Of a stretch of DNA of 64,000 nt, positions 47,314-57,253 are shown piece by piece (positions within the stretch are counted from its first letter, which is position 1; each line of letters starts with the position of its first letter). Source of the DNA: Patescibacteria group bacterium. GTDB lineage: Bacteria > Patescibacteriota > WWE3 > UBA101185 > UBA10185. The DNA is taken from contig JAHJEV010000003.1 of assembly GCA_018825365.1 (NCBI GenBank), positions 238,619 through 302,618 on the forward strand, given 5' to 3'. Made by a program: the position numbers and the translations under genes. The notes under the pieces are model-generated. The model was not told where the DNA came from. It saw nothing but the letters and a program-made list of their open reading frames with translations, and made no database searches.

Positions 47314-48943
47314 TTAAATTTTTCGCCTCTCTAATGTAAACCTTGTACACAGGAACGCCCCTTAATTTGACATCACCTATATATTTAATCACGTACCTGT
47401 CTTCTAATTTTGAATCATCATCCCAAACAGGATATACAAAATACCTAGTTTTATTGGCAAATGGAGTTAGGTTTCTTATAACTGCCCAAGCTCCAAACTT
47501 TCTGAAAAATGGCCAAACTTGCGAGTAATTTTTCTCTCTAAAACCAACGGTTACAACTTGTAATACTTCCTTCCCATATCCCTTATAAACAAGTTCCTCA
47601 AAAGAAGAGTCGGTTGAGATTATATAGCCATCTCTTTTTTGAACATTCTTAAAATAATCAATTAAAGGGTCAACGCCAATTAACCACTTGGGTTCGAGAA
47701 CATTTATTCCTGTTTTCAAACCCCCAAAAGCTGGGTTGTAATAAGATAAGTAGTCTGGATGAAGATAAATAGCTGTTAATAATACCGGGATTAATGCAAT
47801 AAGAATTTTTATCTTTCCAAATTTTAATTTTTCAAATAACCAAACAAAAAATATTGACGAGGTCAGCATCATAACAAGCTGTTCAGGCAAAATATATCGA
47901 TCAAGCTTTTTTGTAGGCAACGTTAGCTGGATAAAATAAAAAAAGATAAACACCAAAAGGTAATCCAAAAAGTTTTTGTAATAAGTTGGTAATTTTTTTC
48001 TAATAAACAATACACCTATAAAACCTACCAAAAGATAAATTGATGATCTAAATCCAAGAACAACAAAATAAAAGCTCGGTCCTGGATTAGTGACTAGTTT
48101 TCCAAAGTACAGTTGCTCATGATCCCCTTCTATTCCAATATCAACAATTCCTGAGTAAAGTGTTTTAAAAACTTCTCCTGGTTTAACCCAAAGGGCAGGC
48201 CACAAAAGGAAAAAAGTTGCGACAAGTGCAAACAACCATAAAAGGAATGGTCTTACAGATAATTTAACTGCTTTAAAAAAGTGTTTCTCTTCACGGAAAA
48301 AGAATAAAAACGATGCTAAACCAATAAAAGGAAGGAGAAACAAGGCAGAGGTCTTTGTAAGAATGGCAAGTCCAGCAAAGATTCCTGAAATCACTGCTCT
48401 TCTTATCAATTTTTTATCTGCAAGGTAGTAGTAAAACCAAAGAATGCTAACTAACATAAATGTTGATTCCAAGCCTTCCAAGTGGATTACCCGAGTCAGT
48501 GCTAAATAAAATGGCTCAAAATTTAACAAAATAAAGGTAACAATTGCATATTTCAACCCAAACAACTTTCTTAAAACATAAAATGCAAACCCGAATGCTA
48601 CTGCCTGGCCTGAAACAATAAAAATCTTTTGCCAAAGATCAAGTTGAAACACCGTGACCATACTGTTGAGTGCAGGATCCGAGTGATTAACTATATCAGA
48701 ATACAAATTATAAAACTTAATGCCAAAGCCTCCGAGCCACATCAGAGTTACACCCGGATGGTAAGTTTGCAGAGTCTGGTCAAATTTCAGTGTAAAAAAG
48801 CCGTTTCCGAAATCGTAAGTTCTTGCTTTCCACCTCCACACATCGGTGTTAAAACCGTCATTCCCTAAAGCAGGCAACCGGGTGAGTATAAAAAACAAAA
48901 CTACCAATATTTCGTATTTAATATTTTTAAAATTCTTAATCAT
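47306..48943 (-). CDS. GT-C family membrane glycosyltransferase (ArnT/PMT_2-like)
   Basis: A polytopic protein with the first-loop motif ...TYHPGVTLMW.... It is a paralog of 50450..52054. Confidence 0.6.
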   Translation of the reverse strand: MIKNFKNIKYEILVVLFFILTRLPALGNDGFNTDVWRWKARTYDFGNGFFTLKFDQTLQTYHPGVTLMWLGGFGIKFYNLYSDIVNHSDPALNSMVTVFQLDLWQKIFIVSGQAVAFGFAFYVLRKLFGLKYAIVTFILLNFEPFYLALTRVIHLEGLESTFMLVSILWFYYYLADKKLIRRAVISGIFAGLAILTKTSALFLLPFIGLASFLFFFREEKHFFKAVKLSVRPFLLWLFALVATFFLLWPALWVKPGEVFKTLYSGIVDIGIEGDHEQLYFGKLVTNPGPSFYFVVLGFRSSIYLLVGFIGVLFIRKKLPTYYKNFLDYLLVFIFFYFIQLTLPTKKLDRYILPEQLVMMLTSSIFFVWLFEKLKFGKIKILIALIPVLLTAIYLHPDYLSYYNPAFGGLKTGINVLEPKWLIGVDPLIDYFKNVQKRDGYIISTDSSFEELVYKGYGKEVLQVVTVGFREKNYSQVWPFFRKFGAWAVIRNLTPFANKTRYFVYPVWDDDSKLEDRYVIKYIGDVKLRGVPVYKVYIREAKNLIE

Positions 48944-50469
48944 TTTGTATTTAAACTATACACAGAAATTGAGGGACCCAGTCTTAAATTATCGCTAAAG
49001 TATACAATTTTTTTCAATTTTGATTTATTAGAATCCAAAAAATCTTTATCATTTTTCTCATCGGCTAAAATCAGCAGAGAGTTTGGATAATCCTTACTTA
49101 AAGTTATTCCCTTAATTGAATTTATTCCAAGACTTCCAAACACATCCTGCAAAGTTGAGTCGTTGTAAACGATTGTGGACCCAGGTTTGTTGTTTTTTAT
49201 AAGCCATGCTTGTAGTTGGTTTCTGGTATCGCCTCTGATAAACGAATAGGATTGGAGAAGTGAAAACATAAGAGGTGGTAAAAACACTGCGATTAGAAAC
49301 AACATTTTCAAGAACTTACCCGATTTTTCAAATAGAAACGAAAAGTAATCTACAAAATAACCAAAGGTTAAGGCCAAAAATGGATATGCTACGAAATAAT
49401 AGTGCGAACGATTCTTTTCAAATCCTGAAACGTACCATATTAGAAAAAGCGACATTAAATACAAAAACACTAAGTAAAACTCCCGTTGCTCCATTTTTTT
49501 CCTAATAAGTCTATATAAAAGCCATGAGAACAAGACAATAAAGCCAATCATTACTGTGTATCCGGTATCAACTAACAATTTATTAGCTATATCCGAGAAA
49601 AACTTAGTAAAATGTTCAGACAGCTTTACTGAACCAACATTTGTAAACTGCCAAAAAGCTCCTGCTGGACTGTCCGTTTTAGAAAAAGTCTTAAAATCAA
49701 GCACGGAATAAGGCGTACCTACAACAAATCCTACCAGTGCCGCTAAACCGGCTAAAACCAAGGCTTCCAAACCTTTTAAAGTTATCCTTTTAACTGCCCT
49801 ATCCTGTTTTTTCTTCTCAAAAACCCTTAAAAAATGGGCAACGGGAACCATAAGCGCAGAAAGTCCGCCGTTGTACTTTGTTGAAGCCGAAAATCCGACA
49901 AAAAGGCCCGACAAAATATAGTTCTTAATACCGGTTTCTTTAATAATACGGGTCGCAAAGTAAAGTCCCCAAGCAAGGAAAAAAGTCATCGGCACATCAG
50001 GCAAAGAATAGTGCGAGTGCCTTACATGGTAGGGCATAAGTGCAAAAACAAGTGCCGAAAAAAACCCCGCACTTTTCCCAAACAGTTCCTTACCTGATAA
50101 GTAAATGGGTATGACGGTTAAAGCTCCAAGTATGGCGCTGAAACATCTGGTTAAATAGTAAAAAACCAATTTATCATCCCACATTAAAGGAAATATCTTT
50201 ATAAAAAGGTCGCTTAATCCTAAACCCGGAACAAAACTTCTAAACTTCGCAAATACCATATATAAAAAATAATTTAAATAAATATAAAAGTGAGGCCAAT
50301 CAAAATGCTTCGGATTAATTTCAAACCTAATTCCCAGCGCAGATCTTACAATAGTCGGCTCGTCTGGATGAAATATGAAAGGAAATCCATGCTCAATCCC
50401 TGCCAGCCTAACAGCTAAAGCCAACACTATTATTAACAGTAAAATCCAGTTATTTCTTTTTTGTAACAT
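48940..50469 (-). CDS. GT-C family membrane glycosyltransferase (ArnT/PMT_2-like)
   Basis: A polytopic protein with an N-terminal loop containing ...GFPFIFHPDEPTIVRSA.... It resembles lipid-carrier-dependent GT39/GT83 enzymes. Confidence 0.6.
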   Translation of the reverse strand: MLQKRNNWILLLIIVLALAVRLAGIEHGFPFIFHPDEPTIVRSALGIRFEINPKHFDWPHFYIYLNYFLYMVFAKFRSFVPGLGLSDLFIKIFPLMWDDKLVFYYLTRCFSAILGALTVIPIYLSGKELFGKSAGFFSALVFALMPYHVRHSHYSLPDVPMTFFLAWGLYFATRIIKETGIKNYILSGLFVGFSASTKYNGGLSALMVPVAHFLRVFEKKKQDRAVKRITLKGLEALVLAGLAALVGFVVGTPYSVLDFKTFSKTDSPAGAFWQFTNVGSVKLSEHFTKFFSDIANKLLVDTGYTVMIGFIVLFSWLLYRLIRKKMEQREFYLVFLYLMSLFLIWYVSGFEKNRSHYYFVAYPFLALTFGYFVDYFSFLFEKSGKFLKMLFLIAVFLPPLMFSLLQSYSFIRGDTRNQLQAWLIKNNKPGSTIVYNDSTLQDVFGSLGINSIKGITLSKDYPNSLLILADEKNDKDFLDSNKSKLKKIVYFSDNLRLGPSISVYSLNTK

Positions 50470-52054
50470 ATATTCTCCAGTACTCTAAACCGTTAATTAT
50501 CAAAGAAGAGTCCTTTTCAACATAGTAATTTTTGTCATTTAAAACATTACTCGGCATATCTTCGTTCATCGGAAGCACTAGTAAATCGTAGTTTGAGGGA
50601 CCATAAGTTTTAACATAAAAAATTCTGGAATGGGGATAAATCGCACCCATTGGTTTAACATCGTAAAAACCCAGTTTTGGCTGACCTCCATAGCGTTTCA
50701 ATATAAAATCCCTAAGCTCGTGTATACCGACTCCAAACGCCTTCTGAACCACTATCCGATTCGCGTTCTCAGAACTTCCGACCAATGGACTTGTATATGC
50801 AAAATAGTAGGGGTAGAGCTTGATTAGCGGGTATATCCAAAACACAACTGAAAAAGCACTTATGGATAACCAAAAAAGGATTTTTGTTCTTTTGGTTCTG
50901 CAAAGGGAAAGTATCCTTGAATATCCGATTACCGCAAGAAGGGCCATAAAGGGGTAAATAACTATCATATACCTATCTATCTTCTTTGCAGGATAAATCA
51001 TCGCGGCAACATATCCAAGATTAAAGACCGCTAAATATAAACCAAAATTCAAAAACTTACTTTTTGTATCCTTTAATATCTCCCCGACTTTTTTCAAACT
51101 CGTTATTAACCCTGCGATAAACCCAATTATTAAAAACGGGGATGCCTTGACTAAAATTACCAACGGATAAAACCAAAAACCCGGATCCTTTGTCACCTCC
51201 CCAAGCAAAATCTGACTATGCCCTTTCCTCACACCTACTCGGATCGATTCGCTAAATATAAACGAAAGATAATAAACCGGTTTGACCCAAAGGGCGGGGA
51301 ATAGAAGAAATATGAAAAACACAAAAGAAAGAAAAGTCATCATGCAGTACTTAAATATTCTTCTTGGCTGCTTTGAGAATATGAAATAGCTAATTGCATA
51401 AAATAAAACAAATAAAACTGCGCCTATCGAGACACTTTTTGTAAGAAAAGATAAAGCTAAGAATAAACCAGTCAAAATTTGATAGACTATCTTTTCCTTT
51501 TTTAATCCTAAGAATGCAAAAATCAAAGAAAGTAGTAATAGAAGCGTGGTTAATACATCCAGGTGGTATAAGCGTGAGTTTCCCACAAAGAAAGGTTCGA
51601 AAGTGAAAAATACCACTGTTAAAAATGTTTTATAAAAACCAATAATCTTAGGTAAGATACAAAGTATTAGTATCAAAAGAACAAATTGGACAAGAACAAG
51701 TGAAGTTTTAGCAATCAAATCAAATGTTTCAAAATTGCTGTTGTTATATACAGTATCGTTTGTGATCTGCTTGTAAAGTTCAATCGGAATTCCAGTAACC
51801 CACATCAAAATTACACCCGGATGATAATGCTGGTAAGTTTTATCAAATTGCTGGTATTTTAAACCTACAACAAACTGCTCAGATCTGTAATGCCAATTTA
51901 CAGCATCGGGACTTATCACATCTGTCTTTAAACCCGGCAGTCTAGTTACGAAAAATAGGAGCGAGAATAAAACAATAAGAAAAATTCTAACCTGTTTATT
52001 TCTTTCTGCGCTGAATAGAAATTCAAGTAGTCTACGCGTCTTTTCCAAGAGCAT
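50450..52054 (-). CDS. GT-C family membrane glycosyltransferase (ArnT/PMT_2-like), paralog
   Basis: It has ...QHYHPGVILMW... in the first extracytoplasmic loop, as in 47306..48943, and is polytopic. Confidence 0.6.
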   Translation of the reverse strand: MLLEKTRRLLEFLFSAERNKQVRIFLIVLFSLLFFVTRLPGLKTDVISPDAVNWHYRSEQFVVGLKYQQFDKTYQHYHPGVILMWVTGIPIELYKQITNDTVYNNSNFETFDLIAKTSLVLVQFVLLILILCILPKIIGFYKTFLTVVFFTFEPFFVGNSRLYHLDVLTTLLLLLSLIFAFLGLKKEKIVYQILTGLFLALSFLTKSVSIGAVLFVLFYAISYFIFSKQPRRIFKYCMMTFLSFVFFIFLLFPALWVKPVYYLSFIFSESIRVGVRKGHSQILLGEVTKDPGFWFYPLVILVKASPFLIIGFIAGLITSLKKVGEILKDTKSKFLNFGLYLAVFNLGYVAAMIYPAKKIDRYMIVIYPFMALLAVIGYSRILSLCRTKRTKILFWLSISAFSVVFWIYPLIKLYPYYFAYTSPLVGSSENANRIVVQKAFGVGIHELRDFILKRYGGQPKLGFYDVKPMGAIYPHSRIFYVKTYGPSNYDLLVLPMNEDMPSNVLNDKNYYVEKDSSLIINGLEYWRIYVTKKK

Positions 52055-52946
52055 ATAAAACTCCTCCGATTAAACTTACTCCGATTCTGGATATGTGATA
52101 AATAATTGAAGCACTCAGTGCCGTGGTTACCGGAACCCCCACAATTGCAAATGTACTCATATACAAAGCATCCTGCACTCCAAAACCGTTTAAGGACGGG
52201 ATAAAAAAGCCTACTAGAGTAATTACAGGAAATGCCAAAAAGGCATAAAAAATTGGAATTCTCACCCCAATGGCCATAAATGTGAAGTACTGAACAAAGA
52301 TGGAGAGCACCTGAACGATTATTGAGGTCAGCATCGCAAAGCCCAGAACCTTCGGATAATTCTTATAGATAATAAGGGCGTTATAAACTTTGCCTAAAAA
52401 TTTAATCTTTCCGCTTAAAAGTTTAAGAGAAAAAATTCCAATATAAACACCAAGAATAAACCAAATAAGCAACACTAAAATTCCAAAACCCAAAGTTTTT
52501 GTCATGCTAAGAAGAGCTATCAACGCTAACATAACAATTCCGGTAAATCTCTCTGTAAAAACCGACGAAAAACCTATTCCCGGATCCCCTACTTTTTTAG
52601 CCATATGGTACATCTTGTAAACATCGCCGCCGATACTTGTCGGCATGAAGTTATTAAAAAAAGCTCCGATAAAATAAAGTGACAGAAGATATCTAACAGG
52701 CACGCCCTTTGCTTTTTCATGAACTAGCAAAGACTTCCATCTAAATGAGCTGACAACATAGTGGCCCACTATGAGCAAAAATATTAAGGGTATAAATCTC
52801 CAGTCCAAAAGCTCAAAGTTCTTAATAAACTCGGCCTTATCTACCTTCTTAAGAACAATGTACAAAATAAGCGTAAGACTCACCAACACTTTAATAATCG
52901 TATTTAGCTTTTTGGTTTTCTCTTTTCTCTCAAACTGTGGATCCAT
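52032..52946 (-). CDS. UPF0104/LPG_synthase_TM 'flippase-like' membrane protein
   Basis: A ~300-aa protein with 8 TM helices and a ...FNNFMPTSIGGDVYKMY... motif typical of the MprF-like TM domain. Such proteins often pair with DPM1-like GT2s. Confidence 0.5.
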   Translation of the reverse strand: MDPQFERKEKTKKLNTIIKVLVSLTLILYIVLKKVDKAEFIKNFELLDWRFIPLIFLLIVGHYVVSSFRWKSLLVHEKAKGVPVRYLLSLYFIGAFFNNFMPTSIGGDVYKMYHMAKKVGDPGIGFSSVFTERFTGIVMLALIALLSMTKTLGFGILVLLIWFILGVYIGIFSLKLLSGKIKFLGKVYNALIIYKNYPKVLGFAMLTSIIVQVLSIFVQYFTFMAIGVRIPIFYAFLAFPVITLVGFFIPSLNGFGVQDALYMSTFAIVGVPVTTALSASIIYHISRIGVSLIGGVLYALGKDA

Positions 52947-52949
52947 TTT

Positions 52950-54416
52950 TTACCCTTTTGATAGTAAACTTTTAAATCTTCTAAACCAGGAGACGAAATC
53001 CTTCTTTGATACAAACTCCGCAATAAAAAATGACGATGCTAATAAAAAGGCAAATGGGACAAACATTAGTAACTTAATTTCCAAACTTGGAAAAACACAC
53101 AACACGGATATAGAAAATGCCTGAACCAGTATAGCAGCGTGGTCTATATTAAAAAACATGAACTTCATTCTTTTCCTTACCCAATAAATCATAAATATTA
53201 AGCAGATAAAAGATCCAAAAGTCATTGCCCAAGAAACAGCAGATAAAAGAGGTATAAATTTGTACATTCCTAAAAACGCCAGGACAGAGCCTATAATCAA
53301 AAACAGGTAACTTACTATCATGCTTTTGGCCATCTTTGCCGGAATCATAACGCTAGAACTTATAAGGTTAATAAAGGAATAAAGGATAAATGTGAAAATC
53401 ATCGGCGGGATAAGGGGTAAAGTCGCATTATACTTGTCTCCCCCCACCAATATCTTTATAACAAAAGGCGCGAAATAAGAAGCAAACGCTCCGGAAAATA
53501 CAATCAGGGAAAAGAGTTTATTGAAGTTCTTCTCAAATAAATCCCTAAACTCATTAAGATTTCTAACGTATTTTTCTGAAAAAATCGGGATGTTAACTGT
53601 TGTCACAGAATCCGAAATACTCATTAGCTTTTTGGCGTAAAGCATTGCGAATGCATAAATTGCCACAACTTCGGTTGAATTGAAAAGACCCAAAGCGTTA
53701 CTTCCAAGCTTTTCCCAGTTCGTATAAATTATTTTTATTATATAAATAGCAATGCTGATAGAAAATATGTCCTTAAACAATCTCTTAAAATCCTTCGTTG
53801 TCGGCATTAATAGTTTTCCCTTCAAGGGTTTAAATGCCATAAAGGATAAAACTAGGGAAGAGATAATGTTAAATATCAAAAACGCGTAGAAAAACCCGTT
53901 AACTCTGTAAAGATAAACAAGGGGGATGCTGATCAAAATACTTACAAAAGCTATAGTTACTTGGTAAATAAAAAGTGCTCTGAATCTTTTCGTACCAGAA
54001 ATAACGGAATTTAAAATACCCTGAACTCCCTGAAAAAGTAGCGTAACAGAATAGATCTGAAGGGGAATCACTAACGAAACATTTTTGTACAAAACTGTGG
54101 CAAGGTAATGTGCGGAGAAGAAAAGTCCGATCGCAATTGGTAAAGTCACACAGTACCTAATAACTGATGAGGTTACAAAAATCTTAAAAATATCTTCTTC
54201 GTTTTCCGCTGAGGAAATCTCGCGTGTACTAGCTGAGACTAAACCTAGGTGCTGGTATATTCCTAAAGCTCCCCCAATAGAAATAGCCAGCTGAATTACT
54301 CCCCACTCTCCGAGACTTAGAATTCTTATGATAATAAAGGTTTGGATAATACCAAGCACCATCGCCATTCCCTGGGATAACATACTAATAATTTGCCATT
54401 TTCCAAGATCTTTCAT
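52950..54416 (-). CDS. Wzx-like flippase (MOP superfamily)
   Basis: A 488-aa protein with about 14 TM helices and a PST-family-like N-terminus. Confidence 0.6.
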   Translation of the reverse strand: MKDLGKWQIISMLSQGMAMVLGIIQTFIIIRILSLGEWGVIQLAISIGGALGIYQHLGLVSASTREISSAENEEDIFKIFVTSSVIRYCVTLPIAIGLFFSAHYLATVLYKNVSLVIPLQIYSVTLLFQGVQGILNSVISGTKRFRALFIYQVTIAFVSILISIPLVYLYRVNGFFYAFLIFNIISSLVLSFMAFKPLKGKLLMPTTKDFKRLFKDIFSISIAIYIIKIIYTNWEKLGSNALGLFNSTEVVAIYAFAMLYAKKLMSISDSVTTVNIPIFSEKYVRNLNEFRDLFEKNFNKLFSLIVFSGAFASYFAPFVIKILVGGDKYNATLPLIPPMIFTFILYSFINLISSSVMIPAKMAKSMIVSYLFLIIGSVLAFLGMYKFIPLLSAVSWAMTFGSFICLIFMIYWVRKRMKFMFFNIDHAAILVQAFSISVLCVFPSLEIKLLMFVPFAFLLASSFFIAEFVSKKDFVSWFRRFKSLLSKG

Positions 54417-54417
54417 G

Positions 54418-56565
54418 TTAATCTACCTTCAAATCTCCCAAATACATACTCATATATCTTATTCTGTTGGTTAAACTTACAAAAACTTTGTAGTTGCCGG
54501 CCTTTACATAGGAAGGCAAGGCGATATCAATGTTTTCCACGTAATAATACCCTTTTTCCCACTCTTCCGGTCTATAAAATGCAAAGGACGGCAGGTTTGC
54601 AACCTGATACATCTCCCCGGTTTTGCTGTTAACATAACTTGTGTAAAGCATGTATCCATTTAAGCTTCCCAGCTCATTTCTTTGATAAACAATTGTAGCC
54701 TTAGCATCGACTCCCCTTACGACTCTTTCCGGCAAACTATAATCTACAACACTCATGAGTTCAGAAAAAGGATAGTTAAATTTTTCTTTATACATGAATT
54801 TTTCCTGAATTGGATAGATGTCCAAAGCATTAGGATTCGCGACAGCATCTTTTTTAAACAAAAATAAATTTCCACAAGCCATAACAAGTGTGTGATCCCT
54901 ACTTGTTATTAAAAACTTCCCCACCTCACTAACAATATTTGAATCAAGCATCAAAAGAAGGGTAATTTTTCGTGAGAGCACATCTAGTATTACGTAATCG
55001 GCTTCATTCCAAAGAGCGGGGTACAAAGCATAAGTTTCTCTCATAGACAAGTGAGCTCCCAGGTTATCCGGACCGCTTACTGAAACACCGTCAGGTATCT
55101 GAGAGATTATTGCATTTGCACACTTTACATCTCTGACATCGATATCCTTAAGTTTAACGACATCACCTAGCTTCAGATCTGTTCGCTTAATAATATCCGT
55201 ATCGTACTTAGCCTGAACTCTTCTCATGACAGCCTGAGTAAACCATAAATACATGGGGTTGTCGTAATATTTCGATGTAACTAAACAGGAAACCGCAATC
55301 GCTGAGGAAAATAGAATGATAAAAACCCTCTCTGCGTTTTTACTAACGTTCTGATTTTTTATGAGCTGGCTCAAAGATTTTGATATAAAACCCACTGCGT
55401 AAATTGAAGATATTATCAGTATCGGAATTATCATAGAGATTCTGTGGTTTTGTATTTCAGAAGTACCTATTCCCTCTTCTGTTGTAAGGTAATTCATAAG
55501 AAAATCAGGAGCAGATATCAAAAGCATGGATGGGTTCAATAAAGGAGCATACAAAAGAGGCGTGAAAGTCATGCTTAAATTTTCGAGTTTATCGGTCCCG
55601 AAAAACACTCTGATAACTTTTCTGTGGTTCAGAATCATGTTTATAATCACATCCTTATAGGAGCTACCGAAGCCTTCGTATCTTCCCAGAAAATAATTTT
55701 CAAGTGTAACATTGGCACTGCTATTTACATCAACATTCAATGATTTTAAAAATCTGTTGTAACTTTCAGTTCTAAGAGGGGCGTATTTAGGTATTATCAC
55801 AAAAAAGGCCACACAAAACCAAAGAAACCCGGAAATAACCATCCCCAACCCTATCTTTGTGTTAACTTTTAAGATCCATTTTCTAAACCACTCCCTTGTG
55901 AACTTGAAGGAATCTGTAACACCGTTTCTAAAAACCAGAATAAATAACCCCCACATAAATATGTAAAGGGGAACCTGTTCCTTGCCTGACATTGTGATTA
56001 TTAAGAGTATTGATAGAACGATAATTCCTTTGGAGGTAAATCCCTTTTTATACATTTTTTCAAATACATAAAAGGCACCAAGGAAAAAAGGCACCGCTGC
56101 GGTAACCCCATGAAATCCCATTGTGGAATTAATAAAACCAAGAGCCGGATACATTAAATAGGAAACAGCAAAGGCGCACGAAGCCCATCCGGACTTGAGC
56201 TCCATGTTTGCTATCGCATAAACAATAAAGGCGCTAAGAACAACAAGTATAAGCTGGGCGTAAGCTAACGTCATCGGATGTTGGAAAAGGGCAAATACGG
56301 GCGCGAACAGCAAAAGAATTGGGTCTACGTGGCTCATTGACCATCTCGGAACGTTGGATCCAAAGTAGTCAGTCAAATACAAAATTCTCCCGTGCAACGT
56401 ATTCCAAACCATCTGAGTCATGTTCCCCTGGTCAAATTTCCCAAAGTCAAAGTTATTAAATTTAAAAATGTAAAGTCTCAGAGCTATAAAAAGGTATACT
56501 GCCGAAAAACCACCAAGTACAAGTAGATAAATATTATTTTTTATAAAATTCTTTATCTTATTCAT
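54418..56565 (-). CDS. Large polytopic membrane protein with C-terminal extracytoplasmic domain (GT-C-like; possibly DUF2079-type)
   Basis: A 715-aa protein with a polytopic N-terminal ~450 aa, including ...HVDPILLLF..., and a ~250-aa soluble C-terminal domain. Confidence 0.4.
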   Translation of the reverse strand: MNKIKNFIKNNIYLLVLGGFSAVYLFIALRLYIFKFNNFDFGKFDQGNMTQMVWNTLHGRILYLTDYFGSNVPRWSMSHVDPILLLFAPVFALFQHPMTLAYAQLILVVLSAFIVYAIANMELKSGWASCAFAVSYLMYPALGFINSTMGFHGVTAAVPFFLGAFYVFEKMYKKGFTSKGIIVLSILLIITMSGKEQVPLYIFMWGLFILVFRNGVTDSFKFTREWFRKWILKVNTKIGLGMVISGFLWFCVAFFVIIPKYAPLRTESYNRFLKSLNVDVNSSANVTLENYFLGRYEGFGSSYKDVIINMILNHRKVIRVFFGTDKLENLSMTFTPLLYAPLLNPSMLLISAPDFLMNYLTTEEGIGTSEIQNHRISMIIPILIISSIYAVGFISKSLSQLIKNQNVSKNAERVFIILFSSAIAVSCLVTSKYYDNPMYLWFTQAVMRRVQAKYDTDIIKRTDLKLGDVVKLKDIDVRDVKCANAIISQIPDGVSVSGPDNLGAHLSMRETYALYPALWNEADYVILDVLSRKITLLLMLDSNIVSEVGKFLITSRDHTLVMACGNLFLFKKDAVANPNALDIYPIQEKFMYKEKFNYPFSELMSVVDYSLPERVVRGVDAKATIVYQRNELGSLNGYMLYTSYVNSKTGEMYQVANLPSFAFYRPEEWEKGYYYVENIDIALPSYVKAGNYKVFVSLTNRIRYMSMYLGDLKVD

Positions 56566-56566
56566 C

Positions 56567-57253
56567 TCAATTCGTAAATCTAAACTTGATTAACGACCAG
56601 ACGGCTTTAATACCATCTCTCCACGTTATCTTTTTACCCTCACCAAAACTTCTCCCCTTATAATTAATCGGAACTTCTTTAATTCTTAGTCCAGACTTTA
56701 GTATTTTTGCGGTTATCTCAGGCTCAAACTCAAATCCTTCGGATTTAATATTCAGTTTTCTTACAAAATCTCCCGGCATGAGCTTATAACAGGTTTCCAT
56801 ATCGGTCAGTTTTACTCCAAACAAAATATTGGTAGCGAGTGTTAAGATCTTGTTTCCAAAATAATGAAGGGTAGTCATTTTTTCGTAACTTCCAGAGAAT
56901 CTAGACCCATAGACTACATCAGCATTGTTTTCCTCAAGCGTTCTCAAAAGCTTTTTATAATCCTGCGGGTCATATTCAAGATCCGCGTCCTGAACGATCA
57001 CATACTCTCCACTTGTATGCGCAAAACCTACCTTCAAAGTGTCTCCCTTTCCTTTGTTAGCAGTTTTATAAATAACTTTCATATCAGGATATTTCTTTTC
57101 CAGATTCTTTAATATTTCTACTGATCCATCACTTGAAGCATCGTCTACTATAACAATCTCAAGATCGACACCATCAACAGATCTGACCAAATTCACCAAC
57201 TGCTCAATTGTATTTTTTTCATTATATACGGGTATAACAACCGAAAGCTTCAT
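56567..57253 (-). CDS. GT2 glycosyltransferase, DPM1-like (polyprenol-phosphate hexose synthase)
   Basis: It has LSVVIPVYNEKNTI, VIVDDASSDGS and QDADLEYDP motifs and is soluble at 228 aa. Confidence 0.8.
   Translation of the reverse strand: MKLSVVIPVYNEKNTIEQLVNLVRSVDGVDLEIVIVDDASSDGSVEILKNLEKKYPDMKVIYKTANKGKGDTLKVGFAHTSGEYVIVQDADLEYDPQDYKKLLRTLEENNADVVYGSRFSGSYEKMTTLHYFGNKILTLATNILFGVKLTDMETCYKLMPGDFVRKLNIKSEGFEFEPEITAKILKSGLRIKEVPINYKGRSFGEGKKITWRDGIKAVWSLIKFRFTN

Noticed and set aside
54418-56565. Assignment of the 715-aa membrane protein to DUF2079
   Set aside because: This rests only on a vague recollection of an H-x-DP motif and cannot be verified without an HMM search. It is kept as a generic GT-C-like membrane protein.
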